DNA of 62,645 bases, filler included, from Chrysochromulina tobinii (lineage: Eukaryota), in NCBI GenBank assembly GCA_001275005.1. It is 4 parts of 4 records of this genome, joined end to end, with 100 filler letters (N's around TTAATTAATTAA, not from the genome) between each part and the next. Parts side by side here need not be neighbours in the genome. Positions count along the whole stretch, not along the records: positions 53,949 to 62,645 come from JWZX01001223.1; 3 more parts are not named here. One strand, 5' to 3'. Each line of letters begins with the position of its first letter. Within the stretch, counting starts at the first letter, position 1. The position numbers and the translations under genes were made by a program. The notes beneath the pieces are model-generated. The model was not told the origin of the DNA. It made no database searches and worked only from the letters and a program-made list of their open reading frames with translations. This document shows positions 54,092 to 62,645 of this stretch, piece after piece.

Positions 54092-54832
54092 CGAGGGCGG
54101 CGCCAAAAAGGGCGGCAAGGGAGGCAAGGGGGCCCAAGACGGCGCCAAGGGAGGCAAGCCCAAAAAGAGCAAAGGGGGGGGCGGTGCGACGAACGAGCTC
54201 GATTCTGACGCCCCAACGGCTCTGGAGATGGACGCCTCGACTGCAGAGGCGCTCGCGACAGCGCGTAAGGCTCTCGCCGAGAGGGAGGCCGAGGCAGAGG
54301 CGCTCGCGACAGCGCGAAAGGTGGAAGCGGAGGCCATCGCGGCGCGGGAGGCCGAGGCGCTGGCGGAGAAGGAGCGGCAAGCGGCGGCCAAGCGCGCGAA
54401 GTTGGCAATGGAGGCGGCAAAGAAGGCGGAGGCGGAGGCGGAGGCGAAGGCCGAGGCGGCGGCGATCGAGGAAGCAGCGCGCGCGAAGCTCAAGGCGAAG
54501 GAGGAGGCGGAGGCCGCCGTGGCGGCAAAGAAGGCGAAGATGGCGAGCACGATGAAAAAGGCTGGCACGACGTATGCCGCACTGATGATGGAGGACGAGG
54601 AGGAGGACGAGGACGAGGACGAGGACGACGAGGAGGACGAGGACGAGGACGACGACGAGGCCATAGCCGTGGCCGAGGCGGCGTATGCGCGGGCAGCGGC
54701 GGAGACGGCTGCGCTGGCCGCCAAAGCCGCGGCCGCCGAGGCGGCGGCCAAGAAGAAGGCGGCCGCGGAGGTGCTCTTGGCACGCTCTACACGTGACAAG
54801 GCCGGAGGTGGCGGCGACGCGATCCCCGCCGT

Positions 54833-54872
<40 letters not shown>

Positions 54873-56543
54873 CCTCCAGTGCCCGCCGCGCCGCCGCCGA
54901 AGCCAGTGGTCTGGTGGGGCTCGGAGGAGGCGGACGTTGCGGCGCGGGAGCCGATCACGGGCCTTAACTTCGCCGTCTACTCGAAGCAAGGTGGTGGCCT
55001 CTGATGGGCTCTGATTGCGCCTGATGGCCTCGCTCATCAGGAACGCGCGGAATGCCACCGAGTGCCCCTCTGATGGCCTCTGATGGCCTCTGATGACCTC
55101 TGATGCCCTCTGATGACCTCTGGTGACCTCTGATGGCCTCTGATGACCTCTGATGGCCTCTGATGACCTCTGATGACCTCTGATGACCTCTGATGGCCTC
55201 TGATGACCTCTGATGGCCTTGATGACCTCTGATGACCTCTGATGCCCTCTGATGACCTCCGAATGCCCTCTGATGACCTCTGATGCCCTCTGATGACCTC
55301 CCTCATCAGGCGAGCACAAGCAGCATCCGAATGAGGATCGGCACACGAGCGTCGGCGATCTGAACGCCGAGCTCGAGGCGGCGCGCGCGCGAGGTTTCGA
55401 GTCCAAGATCGGCTCGGATGGGCCAAAGCCTCTGAACGACGGCGCGCCACCGGTCGGAAGCACCCCGCCAGCCCATGCCTTTTTTGGGGTGTACGACGGG
55501 CACGGAGGCTCTCGATGCGCGACGCATGCCTCGTCGCGGCTGCACCTGCTACTCGCGCACGACCTCGCGCTGTGGCGAGCATCGCCCAAGAGCGCGCTCG
55601 AGGCCGCCTTCGGCCTCATCGAGGCCGAGCTTCGTCAAATCTACGTGGCCACTCCGGAGGAGAAGTCGGGCACGTGCGCGTGCGCGGCCGTGGTGCGTGG
55701 CCACCGTCTGATTGTCGGGTGGACTGGCGATCCATGATTGCATGCTGATTGTGTCCCTCATTGCATGCAGGTGCGTGGCCACCGTCTGATCGTCGGGTGG
55801 ACGGGCGACTGTCGCGCGCTGCTGCTGCGTCCCGAGGGGCACGCGAAGGAATGCGTGCAGCTCACTACCGACCACCGAGCGACCGAATCGAAGGAGAATA
55901 GCCGCATCCTCAAGGCGGGTGGCGAGATCAAGGATGGCCGAGTCTGGGGCGCCCTGATGCCCTCGCGCACCCTCGGCGACTTCCCGTGGAAGGTGATTGC
56001 GTCTGAGTGCCATGGATGGCATCTGATGGCATCTGATGGTATCTGATTGTCTCTGAGCGCTCGAACTACCTCTCTCTGTGGGATATGGGCCGCCCTGATG
56101 GCCTCTGGTGGTCTCTGATGGCTTCTGGTTGGTCTCTGGTGGTCTCTGTAGGACATGGGCCCAGGGCTCTCCGCAGTCCCCGAGGTGACCGAAGTCGAGT
56201 TGACGGAGGACGACAAGTACTTAGTCATCGGCTCGGACGGAGTCTTCGACGCGCTCTCGAACAAGGCCATCGCCAAGATTGTGTGCAAGATGACTGGCAC
56301 TGCCCAAAAGGTGCGCTGGCGAGTGACGCCGGGTGGCGCCCCCACCCCACCCCCGCTGCCCCCTCCCCCACCCATATGCCGCCCCAGACGATGGGCACTC
56401 ATTGCACGGATTGGCTCCCTCATTAGGTGTGCAATGAGCTCGTTAAGGAGATGAAGAAGAAGCCGAGCGGCGACGACACCACCCTGATCGTGGTGCAGCT
56501 CGGGCCGGCGCCCGGCGCGACGAAGCGTCCTCCATCGCTCTAG
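53949..56543 (+). CDS. Protein phosphatase 2C with long G/A/E/K-rich N-terminus (5' partial); introns 54991-55309, 55693-55770, 55993-56151, 56311-56426
   Basis: Spliced motifs QG|EHKQHPNEDR, FFGVYDGHGG, SGTCA, GWTGDCRA, TTDH, PSRTLGDF, GSDGVFD and GDDTT. All four introns are GT-AG and keep the frame. Confidence 0.9.
55067..55300 (+). repeat. Intronic decamer satellite (CTGATGRCCT)n
   Basis: More than 20 near-perfect units. Related units occur in four other introns. Confidence 0.92.
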
Positions 56544-56690
56544 AAGGGCGTCCTAATGACGAAACGTCATTATGACGAAGCGTCCTCCATCGCCCTAGAA
56601 GGGCGTCCTAATGACGAAACGCCATTATGACGAAGCGTCCTAATGAGCTCGGGCAGCCCGGCGCGACGAAGCGTATCGCCCTAGAAGGGC
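56519..56690 (+). repeat. 55-bp tandem repeat and partial copies spanning the PP2C stop codon
   Basis: Units 56519-56573 and 56574-56628, plus a degenerate copy of the last codons. Confidence 0.85.
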
Positions 56691-57602
56691 AGGCCGACGT
56701 GAGCGTCTCCTAGATGGCCACAAGGAGACACAAGGAGGCGCAGCGGGGGCGGAGTCTCGAGCGGGACCGGCTGTGAACCGGCGGGCTGTGAACAGGCGCG
56801 AACAACGCGGGCAATGGTGGAAGTAATCAGGGAGTCATGGCTAATCGCGGTGGTGGCAGCGGCGGTAGCGGCAGTGGCTGTGGCGGAGAGGGCGCGCGGT
56901 CAGTGGCGACGGCATGGTATCTGGTGCACGGTGGAGACTCCAACTGGTACGTCCTCCCCCCGACCTCTCTACTTTATGATCTACTTACAGATCATAGCAT
57001 GTGCAATGCTCGCCTGAACAGATGATCGAAGAAGATGATGACTGGTCGAGTGTGGTGTGTCGTACGGTACGCATGACGTTCGTCGCGTCCCTGCGTATAC
57101 GCAGCGTCGCTGGAGTCGAACGTCGCTGGTCGCTCGGCTGAGAACGATCGGAAACGATCGCGCCTCAAGTTCCGCCTGTGCATTCCGTGCGGCCACGACC
57201 CGCGACCTGTACATACGATTTGAGATTATCGTTACGATGACGGGATCCGACGTTCGGCGTGTGGTTCGGTCCGGTCGGTCCGGTTTACCGGTCCGCGATC
57301 GGATCCGATCAGCGATCTGTGATACATTTGTAAAGGAACGTGCACTACACGGTTCAAACGGTTCAAACCGAGTGGATGCCGTATGTGGTACCTCTTATAG
57401 CGCCGGGACGGTCCACACGCACCACAGCCGTTCCGTCGAGTCGCGCGTCAAAGTCGCGCGCGCAAGGTAGTGTGGCAGCGCACCACATTGATCATGCCTG
57501 TTGAAGTGTTGATGATCTACAAGAACGTTGTCGCAGGTGCCGACTCCGTCGGACGGGACTCTCTCGGGACTCGGCAAGAAACACAAGAGCGCCCATAACC
57601 CC

Positions 57603-59419
57603 TTATGCGCTGCCACCAGCGCCACTTCCCGTGGAGCGCCGTGATGATGGCGCGCGTCGCTTGGGTGCGGGTGGATCCTGCTCTTCCCATGGCTCTTCCG
57701 TGTGATCATCCTCGGTCCGAACGCGCTTCTTGGCGTCGGCGAGCTGCTTGCGCAACGCCTCAATCTCCGCGCTGGCAGCCGCCTCCTTCGCGTTGGCAGC
57801 CGCCTCCTTCGCCTCGGCAGCCGCCTCCTTCGCCTTGGCAGCGGCCTCCTTCACGTTGGCTGCCGATTCCGCCTCAGCGACGGCAGTGGCCAATCGTGCC
57901 GCCATCTGCTCGGCCATCCGATCGAGCTCTGCCTCGTGGTCCTCGATGCGCCGCCGTAGGTTGAGGTTTGGCACCAGCGTCGTACCGAGCGTCGCGCGCG
58001 TGAGCGGGCTGAGCGGGTGTGGGCCGCGGAGGATCTCCTCAATCGCGCTGCGCTCGTAGGAATGGCCATCGGACGCGACGACTGGGTCCTTCATCTTGTC
58101 GTAGGTGATCGGGCATGTGAAGTCGGCAGGCAGCGGCACGTTCAGCCCGACAGACTCGCGCCGTGCGCGCCGTGCCGCCGCCGTCTGCAGCTCGTCAAGC
58201 CGCGAGCGCACGCGCTCCGTCACCGCCTCGTCCGCCGCGCCGACGGCCGCCGCCGTTGCCAGCGCCGCCTCCAACGCAACAAGGGTCTCACCAGCCTCGG
58301 CACGATGGAGCCGCGCCGTCGCGACTGAACAGAGCTTGCGCTGCAGCTTAGAGAAGGCGTGGAGAGGCGCAGCGGCGTTGACGACGGCGGCAAGGATGGC
58401 ATCGCTGCAGGTGGGGTTACATGCGAGGACGCGCAGTGAAAGTGCTGCATTCTCCGCCGCCTCCGACTCAGCTCCCGCATGCAGCAACGTCACGAGCGGC
58501 GGGATGGCGCCCGCCTCTCGGATGCCGTCTTGGTTGGTGCGGTTGTCGCGGGCGAGGATCCACAACGCGTCAGCCGCATTCTTCGCCGCCTTCGACTCAG
58601 CCCCCGCATGCAGCAACGCCACAAGCGGCGGGATGGCGCCCGCCTCTCGGATGGCGTCTTGGTTGGTGCGGTTGTCGCCGGCGATGTTCCTCAACGCGCC
58701 AGCCGCAATCTTCGCCGCCTTCGACTCAGCCCCCGCATGCAGTAACGCCACGAGCGGCGAGATGGCGCCCGCCTCCCGGATGGCGTCGAGGCTGGTGGGG
58801 TTGATGGCGAGGTTCCCCAACGCGCCAGCCGCATTCTTCGCCGCCTTTGACTCAGCTCCCGCATGCAGCAACGCCACGAGCGGCGGGATGGCGCCCGCCT
58901 CTCGGATGGCGTCTTGGTTGGTGCGGTTGTCGCCGGCGATGTTCCACAACGCGCCAGCCGCATTCTCCGCCGCCTTTGACTCAGCCTCCGCATGCACAAC
59001 GCCACGAGCGGCGGGATGGCGCCCGCCTCTCGGATGCCGTCTTGGTTGGTGGGGTTGATGGCGAGGTTCCCCAACGCGCCAGCCGCATTCTCCGCCGCCT
59101 TCGACTCAGCCCCCGCATGCAGCAACGCCACGAGCGGCGGGATGGCACCAGCCTCTCGGATGGCATCACGGGCAGTATCGCTGGTGCGGGAGAGTCTGAG
59201 CAGGGTCGATGCAGCCACTGAGGCTCCACCGCTAAGCTTGAGCAGCTGCACTAGGCTTGGCATCGCCGGCCGGACGGCCTCACAATCGTCAGCGCACATG
59301 CCAGAGTCAGTGAGCTCATGGAGCTCCTTGGCATGGCGCTCATCGAAATCGCATCGCTCCTGGGCTTGGCGCTTCAAGGTCGCCGCCACTCGCTCGGTTA
59401 GCGGGACGCGGGACGACAT
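57603..59419 (-). CDS. ARM-repeat/U-box E3 ubiquitin ligase with a 1-nt deletion near 58997 (possible pseudogene or consensus error)
   Basis: Six near-identical ARM repeats (DAIREAGAIPPLVALLHAGAESKAA), U-box PADFTCPITYDKMKDPVVASDGHSYERSAI...SPLT...PNLNLR, and a coiled-coil tail. Confidence 0.88.
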
Positions 59420-59896
59420 CAACGCCACACCGTCGACCAGGGACGCTCCGCGCCGTAAACAAAACTCGTTGTGCACCGCGCGTGACCGATACAATTAATT
59501 GCATGTTTAGCCGATATGTACATGTAGATTGCAGGGCTTCAAGTTGGTGCATCAATCAGAAACTTGGCAACTTGCATCAAGTCTTGTTCGCTCCGACGGA
59601 AGTCTCTCAAGAGTCAAATCAGATAAGAGAGAGATTTGTAACTGACCAAGCTAACCGTAACGCTACCAACAATTCAGATAACATCGTCGATCGTGACCTC
59701 GGATCCGCCCCCGGGCCGCATCGGATCGTAGATTCACCTCGTATGAAATCGATGTTGTCTCTTTCCGTGAATATCTTCTGATAAAATTCTAATGAGACTT
59801 GACGAGAACAAGCTCCGCCGTCCGTACGTGACTCCGTACGCGGGCTCCTCCACAGCGGCACGCGCCAGCCGCGGCCAGCCGTGCTACTCAGTGTAC

Positions 59897-62509
59897 TCAC
59901 GTGCACGGCCGCAGTTTCAGCAGAGAGCGGAGGTACTCGGGCTTGAGCACGCCTCGTGCCGCCTGGTCGGCCACCTGCTCCTCCCGCTCAAACAACCGAT
60001 CAAACCGAGCGGGAGGGAGCGCGCCGGGCACGGACACCCCGCTGCTGCTGTCAGCTGACCTCTCGATGTGCACGTCGCACACCCAGAGGCAGGCTGACTT
60101 GGAGTGCGGGTCGCAGCAGTCCGCGGAGTCACCGATGACCGGGTGGCCCGCGGCCGCGGCTGCCGAACGCCACACGCTCATCTCCGGTCCACTCGTGCGG
60201 AAGGATGCCTCGGTCATTTGGACGAAACGGACCGAGCGCCCCGTGCGCACGAGCTGGACTGCCGTGAGGCCCCACAACTCCATCGTGCCAACGGCAGGCG
60301 CGCCGCGGAAGACCGCCCGCCACTCGAGCTGCACCATCGATGGCTGGAGGAGCAGGGCGAGGGCAGCCCTCGGCGTCTTCGCCACCAGCCACGCGCCACC
60401 CACACGAGCATCGCCGTCATAGCCGACCGACCACGGCGGCGCCTCCTCGGCGCGTCCGTCGGTTTCGTCGGTTTCGTCGGGCGGCGCCTCCTCGGCGCGT
60501 CCGTCGGTTTCGTCGGTTTCGTCGGGCGGCGCCTCCTCGGCGTGTCCGTCGGTTTCGTCGGTTTCGTCGGGCGGCGCCTCCTCGGCGCGTCCGTCGGTTT
60601 CGTCGGTTTCGTCGGGCGGCGCCCCCTCGGCAAGGGCACACGTGGCGAGCTCGGTGGCGGGCTCGGCCACTAATGCAGGCTGTGAACGAATGCAGGCTGT
60701 GCATGCAGGCTGGGGGACAGCAGCCGGCGCTTCCGGCGTCGTGTCCTTGGGCATCGCCGCAGGCCCAAACGCCACCGCCTCGTGCCCCATCTCGTGCTGC
60801 TGCCTCGCGCGCTGCCTCTCACACTGCAAGCCAATGATAGAGTTCGCGAGGGAGCGGCTCCCGTGAAGCACGCCGACGCTGCTCGAAGGCTTGAGGACGG
60901 CGAGCCACTCGCACGTTTCCCACAGCACCGTGAGCGGCTCCTTGGCATAGTAGGCGCGCAGCGTCTCCAGTGGTAGGTACTTGGCCGTGTGCGGTCGCAC
61001 GATGAGCACCTCGCCGATGCCCACCTTGCTCTGCCAGTGCAGCCGTCGGCCAGGGTGCGATTCGAGACACACGCGCCGATGACTCACGATGCGCCGCGCA
61101 TTCGAGATGGAGCGCACCAGGGACGGCAGCGCTGCGACGAGCAGCTCGCCGAGTGGGTAAGCCACGTGTCCCTCGCTCACACGCACGGCGCCACAGCAGC
61201 GGCTCACAGAGGTCGAGACGGAGCATAGGGGCGGTACCAACGGCTGCGGCAACGCCAACGGCTGCTCGGGTGGCGGCGGCAACGACGGCGCCGGTGACAA
61301 CTGCTGGGTGCTTGCATCTGGCGTGGCGTCACCCGCTGCCTTGGTGTCGTCCTGAGCGGCGGCGTGCGCAGCGCTCGCCTTTTGGAGACGTGCGATCGCG
61401 ACCGGCCACCCGCCGACGCTCACCAGATGCACGTCGAGTAAACGGAGTGGCCTGCAATCGAGGCGTGAGATGCGGGCGGCGGCAGCCCGCAGCAGCAGCA
61501 GCACAGCCGTGCCACCCTCGGTGAGCACCCTGCCGATCTCGACCAGTGCCGCATGCAGGGTAGCCTGGTTGAGGGTCCCTTTGCCCCGGTTGCCCCAGGG
61601 CATGTCGACGACTAACCGATCAGCGACGCCGGAGCGCAGGGGCAGCTGCCGAACGTCCCAGTGCGCCGTGTCGAGGCCGCTCGTGCGGACGCAGCGCGCC
61701 GCGTCCTTGACGGCATGGGCGCAGCTATCGCCGCCGAGCACAAACGAGGCGCCAAATCGGCGAAGGGCCTCCGCCGGGATGGAACCGACTCCACACATCG
61801 GATCGAGGAGCAGCTCGCAGCGCTGCAGCGAGGCGGCCAGAAGCAGGCCGTGGCAGGCGCTCGGCCGCAGGCGCGGCTGGGCGTGGTCGTACGCACCACC
61901 GTCGGCTGTCTGCGTCAAGCGGCACTCAGCCGGGAAGAAGCATCCTTTGGACGTGCGCTCGCACGCGTGCCAGCCAGGAGTGAGCGGTAGACCAGCGAGC
62001 GCTACGCCGCGTCCCAGCCAGAGCGCGCAGACCTCGAGGGCGTAGTTGGTCATCGAGACCGGCCAGCCCCAGCGGCGATGGATGCCTCCCGCGACGGCGC
62101 TAGCCACGTCGTTCACACGGGGCTGTGCAAGGGCCTTGTCTCTCAGCGCGGTCACACGGAAGCTTGGCGCTTCTTCCGCTCCAAAGCCGGGCTCTCGCCA
62201 TTGGCGAAAGAGACGCAAGGCCGTATCCCAACTCTTGCTGCCCTCAACCTTGGCCGCCAAGTCGTGCTCCGAGGATGCGCTCTCCGACCATGCCACGACC
62301 GCCATGACGGCCACGACCGGCGGCGCGTCGTCGGCCGTCCGTAGCCACTCTATCGTGTCGCCGTTTGAGATGAGCAGGATATCGACGGCAGCCTCTCCTT
62401 GCTGTGCACCGGCGAGGATGTGATCGCATCCGCGCAACTGCCGCTGGAAGAAGCCGCCGAACCCACCAGGCACGACGACGGCGATGGCGACGGCGTCGGC
62501 GGCGTCCAT
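59897..62509 (-). CDS. THUMP-domain RNA methyltransferase (THUMPD2/3-Trm14-like) fused to a degenerate S4/RluA-family pseudouridine-synthase-like domain
   Basis: SFRVT...GWPVSMTN (THUMP), LLDPMCGVGSIPAE, WDVRQLPLRSG and VVDMPWG. Then VLWETCEWLAVLKP, YDGDARVGGAWLVAKT and GHPVIGD. A 45-bp x4 repeat lies at 60435-60632. Confidence 0.8.
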   Translation of the reverse strand: MDAADAVAIAVVVPGGFGGFFQRQLRGCDHILAGAQQGEAAVDILLISNGDTIEWLRTADDAPPVVAVMAVVAWSESASSEHDLAAKVEGSKSWDTALRLFRQWREPGFGAEEAPSFRVTALRDKALAQPRVNDVASAVAGGIHRRWGWPVSMTNYALEVCALWLGRGVALAGLPLTPGWHACERTSKGCFFPAECRLTQTADGGAYDHAQPRLRPSACHGLLLAASLQRCELLLDPMCGVGSIPAEALRRFGASFVLGGDSCAHAVKDAARCVRTSGLDTAHWDVRQLPLRSGVADRLVVDMPWGNRGKGTLNQATLHAALVEIGRVLTEGGTAVLLLLRAAAARISRLDCRPLRLLDVHLVSVGGWPVAIARLQKASAAHAAAQDDTKAAGDATPDASTQQLSPAPSLPPPPEQPLALPQPLVPPLCSVSTSVSRCCGAVRVSEGHVAYPLGELLVAALPSLVRSISNARRIVSHRRVCLESHPGRRLHWQSKVGIGEVLIVRPHTAKYLPLETLRAYYAKEPLTVLWETCEWLAVLKPSSSVGVLHGSRSLANSIIGLQCERQRARQQHEMGHEAVAFGPAAMPKDTTPEAPAAVPQPACTACIRSQPALVAEPATELATCALAEGAPPDETDETDGRAEEAPPDETDETDGHAEEAPPDETDETDGRAEEAPPDETDETDGRAEEAPPWSVGYDGDARVGGAWLVAKTPRAALALLLQPSMVQLEWRAVFRGAPAVGTMELWGLTAVQLVRTGRSVRFVQMTEASFRTSGPEMSVWRSAAAAAGHPVIGDSADCCDPHSKSACLWVCDVHIERSADSSSGVSVPGALPPARFDRLFEREEQVADQAARGVLKPEYLRSLLKLRPCT

Positions 62510-62645
62510 TACTGGTACAAAACTCCAAGTATTGTGTACAGTACCAAACCTGGTACAGTACCGGTAAAAAGACACCGGGGGGAGCCGGGACACACACGAG
62601 ACACACGGAACACGCGGACGCACAAAGGCACACAGACGAATCTCA

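Noticed and set aside
53901..55619. Long minus-strand ORF with HQRSSEVIRG repeats
   Set aside because: It is the antisense translation of the intronic decamer satellite and PP2C exons.

Overview
GC-rich, gene-dense eukaryotic nuclear DNA. It is probably a haptophyte-type alga (inferred from signal-plus-transit plastid presequences, flagellar genes and short GT-AG introns carrying CTGATGRCCT decamers). Four contigs are joined by 100-nt N spacers containing a TTAATTAATTAA stop linker. About 30 protein genes are supported: two PP2C phosphatases, a VAS1/ISS1-like aminotransferase, an SGNH protein, a bHLH factor, a rhodanese, plastid FNR, a METTL25-like methyltransferase, an EF-hand/SPRY protein, a TFIIIC WD40 subunit, a ModF-like ABC ATPase, Canopy, NHL, a 2OG-Fe(II) oxygenase, RAP-DnaJ, an F-box protein, DRC5, a cyclophilin, two PGPGxY-repeat proteins, CENP-V/GFA, a BASS transporter, an ABHD hydrolase, LEA_2, ARM/U-box and a THUMP-methyltransferase/RluA-like fusion. 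The strongest observation is a tyrosine-recombinase element with no visible RT (about 28400-31968). Its catalytic C-terminal half (30743-31473) is precisely inverted between GC dinucleotides. Flipping it back restores an in-frame, catalytically complete recombinase of about 874 aa, followed by an array of CTCTC-N7-GAGAG dyad sites. Other recurring patterns are sense-oriented decamer satellites in introns, copies of exon ends inside introns, duplicated gene 3' ends, an antisense copy of an active-site segment at a gene's stop codon, and near-identical ARM repeats. No tRNA, rRNA or CRISPR was seen. All family calls come from motif recognition by eye, not from database searches.
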